Below are positions 1-13,848 of a stretch of 64,000 bases of DNA, one piece after another. Position 1 is the stretch's first letter. Each line of letters opens with the position of its first letter. The notes beneath the pieces were generated by a model. It was not told the DNA's origin and did no database searches. It worked only from the letters and a program-made list of their open reading frames with translations. The position numbers were made by a program, and so were the translations under genes. This DNA comes from Eledone cirrhosa (Eukaryota): the NCBI GenBank assembly GCA_964016885.1, contig OZ024743.1, forward strand, positions 164,114,001-164,178,000, read 5' to 3'.

Positions 1-71
1 TCCATGAACATAAAGGGTAAAATCCAAATTTTCAGAACTTCATTTACAAAAAATTTATTTTGGTATAATAA

Positions 72-262
72 TTGTTTCTACTTTTGGCACAAGGCCAGCA
101 ATTATCCCAGTGCATTACTGGTACTTTATTTTATCGACCCCTGTAAGGATGAAAGGCAAAGTTAACCTTGGCGGTATTTGAACTCAGAACGTAAAGGGCC
201 ATAACTCTGTGCTGTAAGGCATGGTATCTAACGCTCTACTGATACTACCAATTAACTGCTCT
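72..262 (-). mobile_element. tRNA-derived SINE with Meta-type central domain
   Basis: Reverse complement of the 27978-28163 copy. Flanked by TSD-like ttattt(t/c)ggtataataat. Confidence 0.85.
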
Positions 263-346
263 TATTTCGGTATAATAATGTAGTAAAATATAGTGTAGTA
301 AGGAAAAATATATTTAAAGGCAAACATAATTTGACTTACATTATAA

Positions 347-2900
347 TTAGTAAATTCAACCCAGCTATTGCCCTGGTCTGTATTGTTGTATTGTGCTCAA
401 ATCTATTTATAATGCCCATTTTTCATAGAATAAAAGATGTTAAAAGGTATTTAAATATTGCATAACATACTTTTAAAAATTTATTTAGAATATCTAAATA
501 CAGAAAGAAATTTAAAAAATAACAGAAAAATGCATTCTACGAAAATTATAAAACATTTTGGTATATACAATGTTTTTAACTTTTTTCTTTGGAGCATATA
601 TGAAGAGTTTGTGGCGACTTCCTATTCTGAAACAACCTTCATACAATTGACCATGTGAGAAACAGCTCTCTTCAAGATGGAGACCTTCAAACTGCAGTGT
701 TTGAACTTGGGACTTGTTGATGGTCATTGTGTAACTAACTCTGACTGGGAATTGCAATTCTTTGAAATGAAGAGTGACACCTGTTGGTATAAGTGGTATT
801 CTAGGTATAACCATGATGTCTCCCAATGAGGATTTTAGCTTCAATAATGTAAGGCAGTAGTTTAGTCACAGCCATACGCGTTCCATTGCTCAATCTTGAC
901 TGATCCAGGTTTCTGAGAAGCATGATACTGTGCCCTTCTTCAGGTCAAGGTTGTGTGGCTGATAAGATATTTAACGGGATAATAAACAGCTTTGTCCTTC
1001 TTGACAACTTTGTCTATATATTTATAGGTCTGGCTACTTCCAGGGATCATTTGTGAGAGATTTATGTAGATGACATTCACTGTGATGTTTTGTGGGGGCA
1101 AGAATTGTTCTTTCACACAACCACTCCTTGGAATGGTGAATTTCGAATTGGGGAATACTTGATTAATTAAGCTTTCAACGCTTTCAACAACAGTACAAAA
1201 TGATGAAGGATCAAAATATCCTTCAGTATCAGGGTATATTTTGCCTTCACCAAGTTTCAGAAGCTTTTGAGCAAACTCTGCAAAAATATCACCGTGAAGT
1301 TGTGCCCCGATATTGAGTTTGGTGATGCATGGCCATAAAGTTGATGATTTTAGGCAAGCTTAAACTTAATCGGTGTGAGTCCCCTCGGAAATCCCCTGAT
1401 AGTGATTCCTCCCATGATTGTTGTGCTGTTCCGGATATCTTTCAGTTTTCTGTCCAAGACTTCCAATGCACATCTGTGCACCATTGTGCAATCATCCCCC
1501 CAAATTGCCACACATCTTTACAATACTTGGACAGTTCCTGAGTTCTTCTTTATATAACACATGGACATTTCATTTAAACTGAGGTCCAAGTTCAATTTGA
1601 AAGCAGAATGAACTGCCTGACTTCCAGGTAAAAATGTAGCAGCAATTCAAGATTAAGCAACCACTAAAGGTATTTTTTGGTCTTGTATTTTAGACAACAA
1701 TAGGTTTATGAAGAAAGTTTTACTAGTTCCACCTGGAGCATCAATAAAAAAAAAAATCATCAATAGTAGTTTTTGCTTTTTGTTAACATAGGAGATGGGA
1801 TTTTCTATGTTGTAGGAAGTTTCTTGCACAGTTTCACTCGTTAGGTCATACAAATTAGTTCTATCGGTGCGAAGAAGGCATAATAAATGTAGAGCAGGTC
1901 CATATATTTCTGCCAGTTTGTCTTCAATCTTGATCACAGCTGCGTTATAATGTTTGTCTAAAAAAGTTACTTCTATGTCAGGGTTTCTAAATTACACTTC
2001 ATGTTTGATGTCCTTGGACATGTCATCCTTATATTTTAGCCAAAATACCGATGGATTGGCTATGTCACAATCTTTTAATATAGTTGCTAACAAATTTTGA
2101 CTAGTTTTGGTGGTCTGAGAGAGAGACACCTCTGCAAATGTTGCATCCCATTTATTGTTGTCTTCCAACAGACCTCTCCTCATGCAGGCCTCTTGATAAG
2201 TGTTACAAACAGTGCTATTCACTTTAAGAAGTTCATCAAAGTTGCCTTGAGGGCCTCTAACTTCATTAAGCAACACCCTCAAGTAGAAACATTCACACTG
2301 TCCTGTACCTAGTGTTGCTGCTTTACGAATTTCAGGATGGTTGTCTACTGGTTTTCCTGTGTTTGTCGATTCCATTTTCCTCTCTGTTTATCAATGGTGT
2401 AGTAGGATGGTAGTTGTCTGTATGGTAGAGTTTGTGTAAAGCTGTCAGTTAATGCTTGCAAAGTGATCTTTCTTGGTACTATGGCTTGTTGGGCTGCATT
2501 TTGGGCTGTAAAATACACTTGTCCATTTTTCAAATGGACATTAAGTTTTTGCACCAGTGGGTAATAGGCCTGGATTGGGAATCCATAAACATGCCCAAAT
2601 GCTTTGTTACTGCTGATATATTGCCAATGTTGGAAATTTAACAACTGGTCATACATACTTCAACACAAATATGGCAGCAAGAGAACACTTGTTGATGTAT
2701 TTTCACACATACCTTACAGGCCACCGATGTATCACTTCCATTCCTTTTTCGTGGGGAAAAAAAAGGTGATTGCAAGTATGTTTGGGGCCAGACTAGTTGA
2801 AAGCACACGTAAAAACCTAGGAAAAAGATTTTCTTCTTGATCCCCATCGGGTGCTTTTAAACAGCTGAGAGGTGCTTATCTGTATCTCTCCCTATCTCCG
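347..2900 (-). mobile_element. Decayed Helitron (Rep/PIF1-helicase pseudogene) with 3' terminus
   Basis: Minus-strand fragments FFIDAPGGTSKTF (Walker A), ECFYLRVLLNEVRGP...TYQEAC and QFPVRVSYTMTINKSQ...CFSHGQLY. 3' hairpin ccagggcaatagctggg followed by CTAA (decayed CTAG) at 347-350. Many stops and frameshifts. Confidence 0.9.
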
Positions 2901-3742
2901 TTTTGGAAAAAAAGAAGTCATTGGCAAGTGAACCGGATGTCAGATTGATTAAAAACAAAGGAAAAAAACCTACAAAAGAAAAATTCCCACTGAGAAAATT
3001 GTGTTAGAAGGCTGTGAATGGAATTTGTTTTTTTACTGAAGAAGTACCAATCTGTCTGCAACATGAGAGTTCTCTTCTCTCCCCACCCTACTCTGCCTAC
3101 AGTGCATAACTATCTCATTTTAAAAATTTAAGAAAACCTTTTTGTGATCATATTTCAGATGAAATATACTATGTTTCAATTAATTTTCAATTAATTAATA
3201 AAGAATTTTGAAAGATTTACCAAAATTATTAATTATTTTATTACCAAAATAGTAATTTTACAAATGGTTTTTATATAAAATTATGTCAGAAGAGTTTAAT
3301 TTAAATAGGAACCCTTTAAAACGGGTGGTTTTGTTTCATAGAACAAGAGCCAGTTTTGGCCAGGCTGGTATCAAAAAGGTTAATGTTAAATGCTCTTGTA
3401 CTTACATTAGTATTCACTCAACATTGATATTAAAATCTTTCTGTTATCTCTAGTAAAATGAGATAAAACATATTAAGTTGCAGCCATAGGTGTGTGGTTA
3501 AGGAGCTTGCATCAAAACCATGTGGTTTCAGGTTCAGTCCCACTGTAGGGCATATTGAACAAGTGTCTTCCACTATAGCCGACTACTTAACAGACTAGAC
3601 TTGGTGCTTTTTAGTTTTTGTAGTACCAGCACCTGTTACCCATAGTGGCAAATACATGGAATGGACCTCCATTGGTTTCAGTGATGAGTGTTTCAGTTGT
3701 TTTATTAATGGCTGAACATTTCATAGATATGGAAACCTTTAA

Positions 3743-3962
3743 CCCTTTAGTATTCACATTACTCTATCTATATATACTATTATATTTTCATGGTAAAGGC
3801 TTTTCCTCGCATAATTATCTCACACAATATCGAATCTATGAGATTTTGAAAGTATTTTGAGAACAATACTTTAAAATCAGTTTGAGCAACCAGTTACAAC
3901 CAGTTTCAACAGAAAGAGGTAGAGAATTCTGGCCGGTTCTGGCTGGTTTGAACATTAAAGAG
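3743..3962. mobile_element. piggyBac-type MITE
   Basis: TTAA|CCCTTTAGTATTC ... GAACATTAAAGAG|TTAA. Inverted homolog of 8596-8794. Confidence 0.7.
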
Positions 3963-4299
3963 TTAACGTAATTCTCAGGAAGATACAGCATGACACAATG
4001 TGTAATTCGACTGGCCTTTTGAATTACAGGTAAAGTTCATCCGACAGGCTTCCACACAGTTTCCGTCTACCTAGTTTCACTCAGAAGGTATGGGTTGATT
4101 TCAGACTATGGTAACTGACACTTTCCCAAGATGCTCCTTCATGGGATCAATCCTGGTTTCCAATGATTGCAAAACAAACTAAAGTCTAAAGTCTATCTCA
4201 AGGCCAGAGGCTCATCAGACCGATGCTTATCCCGGTTCCCGTGGCATGAGCGACTGAGTACACGACTCCCCTGGACAAGAGTTAAAGGCTGTTTCAAGT

Positions 4300-4570
4300 T
4301 AGGATGCTTATCAGGCTGGTGCTTCTCTCAGTTTCCATAGTATGAAGCGACTGAGAGTACAAGACTCCCCTCTGGACAGGACACCAGTTCATTGCAGGGT
4401 TAACCCCCCCCCCCCCCGGCATTGCCGATATTCATTTTCAGCTGAGTATACTGGAGCAGCGTGAAATGAAGTGTTTTGCTCAAGAACACATTACACAAAC
4501 CAGCCCAGGAATCAAACCCATTACATTATGATTGTAAGTCCAACACCCTTACTACTAGGCCAAGCTACTT
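4300..4570 (-). mobile_element. tRNA-derived SINE (second family, CORE-like centre)
   Basis: Contains ctggagcagcgtgaaatgaagtgttttgctcaagaacac. Homologous to 15236-15560 and 56592-56735. Confidence 0.7.
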
Positions 4571-5959
4571 AACCATTTATCCAGGCTGCATCCATGGCAA
4601 ATATATACTCCCCAAATTACCTATTGACTTTAAGTATAATGCCAAAATTACACAAAAAGTGACTTCAAGCATGTGATTTAAAATCAAGATCCAAGAAAAT
4701 TTAATTCAACCTCTTTTTCATTTTATTTATTTATTTGTTTTTAGTATTGAGAAATACTTATTTTTGTTTGTTTGTTTTAAGTCAATATTTCTGTAAATTT
4801 GAATAATTTGCTAGAGTAAATTATTTTTATCGCTATACTATTCCGCTTCTAAACCACTCAGTTGTGATGTAAAAATGAGAGAGATTGTGGGGAGTCATTA
4901 TTTTTCCAGTTGGGTTCAATGTGCACACCACACACTTCCTGCTGTACTGCATGAACTCAAAATTATGAAGTATGAATCAAACCTCCACATGTTGCAGTGT
5001 GTCCCGCCGGATGGTGATAGTGGTGATGGTGTTGTTACTTAGCACTTTATCATTCAAAATAGTTGTTTCTTCTTTTGGCACAAGGCCAGCAATTTTCCAG
5101 TGCATTACTGGTACTTTATTTTATCGACCTCGTAAATATAAAAGGCAAAGTTAACCTCGGCAGGATTTGATGACCAAAATAATGTCAATCATCTATACAT
5201 CTATAACCTAATCTTATAGTAATGAGTAATAAGACTGGGGCCCCTATCATTAAAACATCAAAGCAACCTCTTAATGAGATGCAATATCTTAGGAGGCTGG
5301 CTAAACCTATGCAGGTGTAAGCCTTAACAACATATGGTAGTTAGGAATCTCACAGTATCAGGGCAACCAACTCAAAACATGAAGTCACGTTTTTCTTAGT
5401 TTCATAATTTCATCTTTTCTTCTTTGCCCACTTATTCCTGAGAGAGGCGTAGTGGCAGAGTCCTCAACCACTCCTTCCAACGGGTCCTGTCAGAAGCAAC
5501 CGTTTCCAACTAATCTGGCTGGATCCCCAAGTGAAACCAGTCGAGCTCATGGATGTTATCGATATTAACCCCTTTGATACCAAACCACCTGAAATTGCTC
5601 ACTGGTTCTAAAAATGTTTATTTTATTTTAAAGTGTTTATATTTATTTAAAAACTTTCCATTATGATTTTAATAAGAACCTTTAAATTATGCCCCAAACA
5701 CCAGCTTAGTAATGAGAATGTTAGTTAATTTTTTTATTATTTGCAAAAGCTAACCTTTTGATTTTTAACCTTTAGTATTTAAATCAGCCATATCTGGCCT
5801 TTCTGTTCAAACCAGTTATAACCAGCTGCTCATACTTATGTTAAAATACTATCAAAATCTCATAAATTTGATATTACGTGAAAATACAATAGTAAATATA
5901 GAGCAATGTAAATGCTAAATCCAGTGTTGCAAACATAACTTAAAATTTTCTTCCATAAA

Positions 5960-6455
5960 ATCTGGCTGAATTAAGTGCAAGAATTGCAGGAATTGATGCA
6001 GTAATGCACCAGCTTCAGCATTCGGTAATCAGAAGGGAGGTAGGTGTAAAAGCCAAACTTGCTATCTTCAAGCTGCTATTTGTGCCACCCCTTCTCTATG
6101 GTCACAAATACAAGTGGCTGAAATGGGGTTCCTCCGAAGGGTCTTGGAGTAATGTTACTCGAGAGAGTGTGTAGCTCAGAGATCAGAGAGATCACACCTC
6201 TGATATTATAATTATGTGGTTAGATTGTCTCAGAAAAGAATTGCTGGACAGATTTTACGGACAAAACCAACCAGCAGGAGACCTAAAGCTAGATACCAAG
6301 CAATTTGTTGGATATCATCCATGGGCCCAGATGGTCTCACTTGGGGATCCAGCCGGATCAGTTGGAAATGGTTGCTTTTGACAAGACCCACTGGAAGGAG
6401 TGTTTGAGGACTCTGCCCCCATGACTCCCTCAGGAATAAGTGGGAGAAGAACATT
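5960..6455 (+). mobile_element. RTE-clade (Expander/Rex3-like) LINE 3' fragment
   Basis: MVRLSQKRIAGQILRTKPTSRRPKAR. Same family as 49830-50215. Confidence 0.7.
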
Positions 6456-8595
6456 ATTGTGGAATTTGCCAATTTAAATATGAACACTTTAAAACAAACA
6501 ATTTTGTATTATATAACTAGGAGATGTTTCAGACAGTTTGGTACCGGAAAAGTTTAAAGAGTAGTTCATTTGCCATTTTTATTTTCTATGACTCTCGAAG
6601 CAGTTGTTCTGCTTCCGGTCATTTCTTATTGAGAAGACCTATGATGAAACTGTTCCAGACGTGGCAATCCCAACTTATTTTCAAACAATGTATCTTTATT
6701 ATGCAAATTGAATCTTTCTCATTTCTAAGTTTATAAGATGATAAGGCATAATTTGGGGAGAATTTGGCTGTTATTTCTACACAGAACAACTACATTGTGG
6801 TTACCTCATTGGTTTGTAGGATTTCTTTTTTACTTGTACATTGTTGGATGTTGCTATTTCTACCAGTTTGAGTGACCACATGGTGACTCCTTTGTTGGCT
6901 TGCAGGAAATGAAAGTGAAATTTGCAGCTTACATATTTAAGTTATGTGCTAAACTTCAGTTTGATAGTGAAAACGTTAGTTATATTATTAAATCCTTCCA
7001 AATTCTTGATTTTCAAAATGATTTGAAACCATACGCAATGCTTTTCATAATAAATATGATAATGGAAGTGTTATGAAAAACATGAAAATAAAATTTATAG
7101 CTTATTCCTATGAGGTTGCATATTGTAGGAGGTTTCTTGGGTGTTTGAATCATAGGGGTCCGAGTCCTATCATAAAAAGCAATGTGAAATGAAGCACCTT
7201 ACTCAGGTTAATATGGCCCAGCTAGATACTTGTAAATGTTGACTCATTTGTTACACTGTTCACTGCTTATTACAAAGTTTATTCTTGACTTGGTTGGTTT
7301 TCTTTGACTCAACAGCAGACTCACTTGGGTAGCAATTGCTGTCAGTATGTATTCTGTTTTGAGAAGTCTTGCTGCTTTGTGAATTTTATCACAACATTGG
7401 TTAAATAGCATATGTCACTGTACACTCGGATATAGAATATCATCTTTGTGGTGCTTTTATATGCCATAGTTTTGAAATTTTATCCTTCAGTTTTTCTGAT
7501 AAGTAAACAAATATTTCCTAATTCAACAGCAGAACAAGTTGACAGAAGTAGTAGCACACTGATTGCTGTGAATGAGAGAGCAGCTCATTAAATCTAATAT
7601 TTAATTTCTTTCTTTAGAGTTCTGAGTTCAAATCACACAAGAGTTGATTTCAATTTTTATCTTCTTCAGGTTCACTAAATAAGTATTCATCATCATCATC
7701 ATTTTCCATGCTGGGATGGGATGGATGAGTTTCTATACTATCATGAGTTGGACAATTTGTCACGGTCTGAGATTAGACAAGTCAGATCACCACATCTTGG
7801 TCATACATTCCATTTTAGCTTGGTTTGTATGGCTGGTTATATACACTTCACAAAACAAGCCAAACACTTTATTTGTTATTTCTTTTATAGAAATTAAAAA
7901 AATGCTTTTTTATACAAAATAGGCCAATGGTTGAATTATCTCTCCCTCCTCTCTACTTTTGAAAAGTTTTTCTCAACTGTATAAGAGTTGCATTTGTTGG
8001 GAACAATTTCAGTTAATATGTTGCTTTGATGAAAATTTCCACACCTTAATAGAATCAGGAATAGAATTAAAGGGAAGATTCATTTCAGTAAAAGAAAATA
8101 ATTTGAAATGATAGAAAAATACATTTTAACCCTTCTGTTACAAAATTCTAATGGAAGACACTGTCTGTGATTTTCAAATATTTTTGAAAATAATCAAGAA
8201 TTAACTTTTTCATTATTAAGTTAGCATTTGAAACATAACTTAACAAAGGTTCTTACCTAAAATTATGTTGAAAATTTTAAAGATAAATATTAAGTTTAAA
8301 ATGAACAGTTTGTATCATAGAACCTGGGGTAGTTTGGTATCTAAAGGTTTAAAAGATGAAAAAGTGTTTGTAAAAATATAAGGGACAAGAGGAATCTTCA
8401 GTTGAGTCAAAGACATGACAACTTCCCTTGTATTGCTGCCATGATAAAAAGCATCCAGTACACTCTGTAGACTGCAAGAATGTATGCAAGCAAGATGCAA
8501 GTTCCTATCTCATCAGAGACCAATAAATTTGATTAAGTATTTGGTGTGGTCCGACAACCTGTCCTACCCTTGCTAGTATGGGAAACAGACATTAA

Positions 8596-8794
8596 CCCTT
8601 TAGCATTTAAACCAGCCGTATCTGGCCAGAATTCTCTCACCTCTTTCTGTTCAAGCCAACTATAACCAGCTGCTCATACTTATGTTAAGGTATTGTTTTC
8701 AAAATAAATATCAAAATCTCATAGATTCGATATTATGGGAGATAATTATGTGAAAATACAATAGTGAATATAAAGTAATGTAAATACTAAAGGG
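8596..8794. mobile_element. piggyBac-type MITE
   Basis: TTAA TSD on both sides. TIRs CCCTTTAGCATTTA / TAAATACTAAAGGG. Related or partial TTAA-CCC elements near 5565, 5765, 8127, 11145, 52797 and 52990. Confidence 0.8.
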
Positions 8795-9589
8795 TTAAAC
8801 TCTTTTGTTATGGCCTGAAGGACAATAATAATCTTGTAGATTCGGTATTACCACAAAAATACAATAGTAGAGTAATCTAAATGCTACAGAGTTAAACAAT
8901 GGTGGTGATGGTGGCAGTAGCTGCCGTTGTTGTTAACTAGAGCACACTGCCACCAAATTTGTTGGGGAAATAATTGATTTAATCATCAACACCAGTATTT
9001 GGCTGGTGATAGTTTTTAACAACTCCAGAAGGATGTAAGGCAAAGCTTCTTCTGACAAATTTGAGCTATATAGGTATTTCTATGATAATGAGTTTCTGAG
9101 AATATTAAGCTTGATTCGCCTCCTTCCTAGACCCTAATTTAGGGGTTTCTAAACTTTTTGAACTCACACAATATAAGAAATATTGAAAATTATGTGTCTA
9201 ACCCTGTAGCTGTTAAATGGATTGAGGTTTAGAAAATTACACTTCTCGGTACTATAGGAAAGTGTTTTGTTTACCACATCTGAGGTTATGCCATGCATTG
9301 TGAAAAAGACATATATGGACTTATCTACAATATTTTTCTCGCTTTGGGTATTTTAAACTGTGAACATATCACAGCTACCCCAGTGTCTTTGTAAGAGCTC
9401 TATATACCTGTATTTCATGATTCTTTATTCATCTTTAGTTTACTTAATATGGGATACTCAGGTGCAGAAGATAATATCTTACTACATAGGTCTTGTAAAT
9501 AATCTATTTTTGTTGATAGCTTATTTAAATACAGTGTGAGTTTGATAGGCTAGAATTAATTAGCAAAAACATTAACACAACCAGTATAC

Positions 9590-10235
9590 TTAGCAAAGGA
9601 GGGAAGCAGAGGATAAAAAATTCAAGCCTGTTTTTCAGCGTGAGGACCAAAAACAGGGGGTGTTCAGAATTGTGAGGTAGTGCTTTAGAGAGAATTGTGA
9701 TGTCATAAGTGAGAAGTGTCTCCAGGATGATAAAGGTGCATTTGCCCTCACAGGCGACTGCTAAAAAGCTCCATAGAAGAGCCATTATGAAAGATTACTG
9801 AATGAGGAGAACGCATGAGAGAAAGAGACCCTACCCTAAGTGGACCCCACAGAGGGCCCAGCCGTACAAGTCAGCAGCAATGTAGTAAGTAAGGCAATTA
9901 AGGATATGAAGGCTGGGAAAGCAGCCGGCCCATCAGGAATAGTTGCCAAGATGCTGAATGCATCTGGTTTGGTAGGTCACACCTTAACCACATGTATTGT
10001 AAACCAAGTAATACTAGATGGTTGTTCGCAGCAGCATCATTGTCAATTGCTACAAGGAGAGATGTATTAGATAGAGGAAACTATAGAGGTATAAAGCTGA
10101 TGTACCAGGTCATGAAAATAACAGAAAGAGTCATAGCACAGTTGATTATGGACCGGGTAAATCTAGATGAGTGCAGTTTGGATTTGTACCAGGCAAAAAT
10201 ACCACAGATCCTCTCTTCCTTGTGAAGCAGTTACA
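9590..10235 (+). mobile_element. RTE LINE RT fragment
   Basis: DPTEGPAVQV...KAIKDMKAGKAAGPSGIVAKML and RGNYRGIKLM...ERVIAQLI. Confidence 0.85.
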
Positions 10236-10449
10236 ATTCTATGATGAAAAGCAATGTGAAATAAAGCTTCTTGCTTACGAACACTATATGCTGCCCTGTG
10301 CAGGAATTAAACCCACAAGCTTACAGTCCTAACTCTAACACCCTAACCACTAGGCTTGTACTTCTATATAGAGATATTCAAAATAAAATAGTTCTTCTTG
10401 AGGGAGGGATTACTATGATAGGATTACTTGAATTTCTAAATCTAAAAAG

Positions 10450-11000
10450 ATGTGTCCCCTCCCTACACACATACATATGCACACTATCTCTATCTGTCTG
10501 TCTGTCTCTCTCACCTCTTGCACATTCACACACACTCATCCATACATGCACACTTTATCTCTCCGATTCTCTCACCTCTGGCACATACACATATACACAT
10601 TATCTTTGCCTGCCTCTCTCTCTCACCTCTTGCACATTCACACACTCACACACTATCTCCCTTGCTCATATACACTCTCTTTCTCCAACCTCCTTGCATA
10701 CACACACATACATACCTCTAGCCTATCTACACACACATACATGCACTTATATATCTTACTCCACCTTTTCTTGCACACATATGCACATATTCTACCCTAC
10801 ATTCTCTACACGTGCTTACACATACATACACACACTCATACTTTCTAATTTTTTTCTTGACACACACACACACCCTATCTCACTCACATATACACACACT
10901 CATACTTTCTACACCATTTCTTGCACACTTATACACAAAATCATGTTTCTCTTTCACACTCATTCTTACATGCAACATATGCCCATATATTTTCATCAAC
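10450..11000. repeat. Degenerate (CA/CT/TA)n low-complexity tract
   Basis: Mixed acac/ctct/atac runs that generate the H/T/Y/L-rich ORFs. Confidence 0.85.
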
Positions 11001-11961
11001 TGATTCCTTCAGTGCCCAGTTCCTCTCTCAGTTATCTTATGCTCTAACTTTCATGTTGTTAACTAGGGAGTTGTTAACATGGTTACCTTTGGTTTGCTAG
11101 AAATATCAATGCAAACCTCTCTCTTAACTCGTACCCTACCATTTTAATCCTTTTGATACCAAACAGCCTGAAAATGGTCGTTTATATGATACAAAGCTTT
11201 TATGTAAGAATGTTTATTATGCTCCAAACCAGCTTAAAAATGAGAAAGTTATTTGTATTTTCAAAATCATTTGAAAATCATAGACAGTTTGTTTGTTGTT
11301 TTTTTTATTTGAAATATAGTAACAAAATGTTTAACATAATTCTTGAGTAGATAGTGTGTGACACTGGCCCTTTGAAATACAGGTGCAGTCCACCCAATAT
11401 GCTTCTCTGGTTTCTATCTATCCATTTTCACTCACAAGGTGTGTGAGGGGGAGATAAAGGCAATGAAATTCCAAGATAGGCCTCTAGAGTATGGAACAAC
11501 ATAAATTCAGTTAGTGACCAGATGGTATTGACACCATAAACTACTATTCCTTCTACAGATTTCTTAGCAGCTGTACATGGAAGTGTACACATGTATCACA
11601 CGTTGATTCATACATGGATACAAATACATCATCATTACTACTTTTAGCATACTATTGCATAATGTCAAAATGTGTTTATTTAATAAAAATGTACACTCCC
11701 TTACACAGTCTGTTCCATAAAACATGTTTATATTTCAAAAACTTGATAGGCGTACGCTTATCAAGGACATGTGGTGTGCATATGTGTAGATATTTGTCGA
11801 TATAGTTACACATATCTGTTAAATATATATAAGATATATGTACATAAGTACGCACATATAAAGTGGGAGCCCAACAAAGTATAAAAAAGATAATGAAAGT
11901 GCTATACCCCGTCCCCCACTCTCACTAAGCCTGAAACTAATACTATTTGTAACTTGTACTC

Positions 11962-12469
11962 TTAGCCGAATTACTCGCGCCTTGCTGCGTTTCACACATT
12001 TTTTTATAAGAAAATGATGATTGATTTTAAATCAGCGATATAATTTATGAAGAAAAACTCTGCATTTCAATATTACTCAATGTAAAATGTAATGCATGGA
12101 AAATTGGAAAACATTATTTTTTGTAATATATAATAAAATCAAAATTAGATTATTAAATCTTATTCTTATTTTGTTTCTTGTAAATAATTTTTTTTAAAAT
12201 ATCAATTCAAAACTTTTGTGAATAGGCATCATATCTTGTCATTTACCTATTTCATATAAATCGAAGGGAAAAACTTTTCAGCGGGGGTTTGTGCCCCCGG
12301 GGAACCCTTTGATTAAAATGAAATATACTTATCCAAGTACCCTGGCCAATGTAGTTTCAGAATATATATGGTTATGGGGGTCTATCTCCAAAACTATAGG
12401 AGTTTGTGAACAAACAACCAACCAAACAAGCAAACAAACAGGCAGGAACTACAACTTTATATATATAGA
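11962..12469 (-). mobile_element. Non-autonomous Helitron
   Basis: Minus-strand 5' A|TCTATATATATAAAG at 12469. 3' GC hairpin cgcagcaaggcgcg followed by CTAA at 11962. Confidence 0.7.
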
Positions 12470-12489
12470 TATATATATATGTGTGTGTA

Positions 12490-13848
12490 TCTATACTATA
12501 AAGCTGACGGCCGTATGTAGGTAACAAACTTTCCGCCAATCGGCTGGACCAAATTTGTACCATAGATATAACTTTTTCCAAGTAAAAATGTGAGGGTATT
12601 TTTGTCTACTGAATTTTGTTAAAAGATTAAAGATATTATTTAAATATTCACTTCTTTAACATTTCAAATGTCAACACTTCAGGTTATATGTCATTCCTCA
12701 CTTTTTCTTATGACGTCGCACAACATTCCCCTCTTTTTCCTAGTCTGTATGTCTGGCATTAGATAACATTTTTCGAAATATTTACTTCTGCGTTCACAGA
12801 CTGATTTTTTTAAGTTTCAGAAGATCCCGTTAAGAGTGAAAACAGCGATTCTTTGCTTAAATTTTAATCTTTTATTTTAATATATATATTCGTGTACAGA
12901 TATTTTTGCATACACAAAAACAAAAACCTATTTATTTCACGAAAGCACAGACGGCTTATCGTCATTGTTACTGTTCGAGGTTAGTGGACCACAGTCTTTC
13001 CAAGATCTGAGAACCATCAATGGCCATCAATGTTCCACTTACCGTTTGGCTTGCCAGACGCGTGGTATATTACATGATGACAGCTACTGGCACCTCACCC
13101 TGCAAGAAGCAGCAACTGCTAAAGTCCCTTCTCAGCTGCAAAAACTTTTTGCTATGATGCTGCACAACTGCAATCTCGCCGATCCTCTCGCACTGTGGAA
13201 CAACCACCGCGAAAGTCTAGCTGAGGACATCCTCCACCGCACACGCAGACACAATCCGAACGTCACATACGATGTCGTTTTCAATGAGGTGCTCATTTTT
13301 CTTGAAAACAGTGTCCTGGAGATTTGTGGTAGGCCTCTAAGTCACTACAGCTTACCTGCTCCTGGCGGGAGTGTCCAGAGGTCAACGTCTACGGAGCTTC
13401 TCCGCGAGACAAGCTATGAGATCAGTGATTCTCCCATGGTCAATTGTATGTAGGATGCTCTAGGGTAAGCTCGTCAAACAATCTCTTCATCTTTGCTCCG
13501 GAGGGCCGAACAAAAAATATTGTATACTCTGAGGCTCTAACAATGTAATTTAAATATTTTCTGTTACTTGGAATTTTCATGATGGTTGTACAAATTATTG
13601 TTTCTAAAGAATGTGTTCTCTGTTCAGCCTTTATTGTTGTAACTATCAATTTTATTTAAAGTACTGGCTGCTGAACTGGAGAATCCTAAAAACTATTCAA
13701 ACCCAACATCAGAGCACGTTAACCCCCCCCCCTCCTCTCGCTGACTTGAGAGGGCGTGCAGTATCTTTGCACTACATTGTAGGGGGGATTCCTGAAAAGA
13801 TAAAATGCCAGTATACCTAGCCAGGCGCCAGCCGGACGGGCCAGCTAG
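12490..13848 (+). mobile_element. Internally deleted Helitron with both termini
   Basis: A|TCTATACTATAAAG start. GC-rich subterminal hairpin, then CTAG|T end. Carries Rep-Hel fragment LLFEVSGPQSFQDLRTINGHQCSTYRLAC joined to the helicase C-terminus (CSRVSS...APEGRTKNIVYSEAL). Confidence 0.9.

Noticed and set aside
9458-9503. Possible upstream Gemin5 exon (GAEDNILLH)
   Set aside because: In-frame stop follows, no convincing donor, weak similarity.
10271-11047. 258-aa ORF
   Set aside because: Translation of a SINE fragment plus a CA/CT low-complexity tract; open in several frames; no domain.
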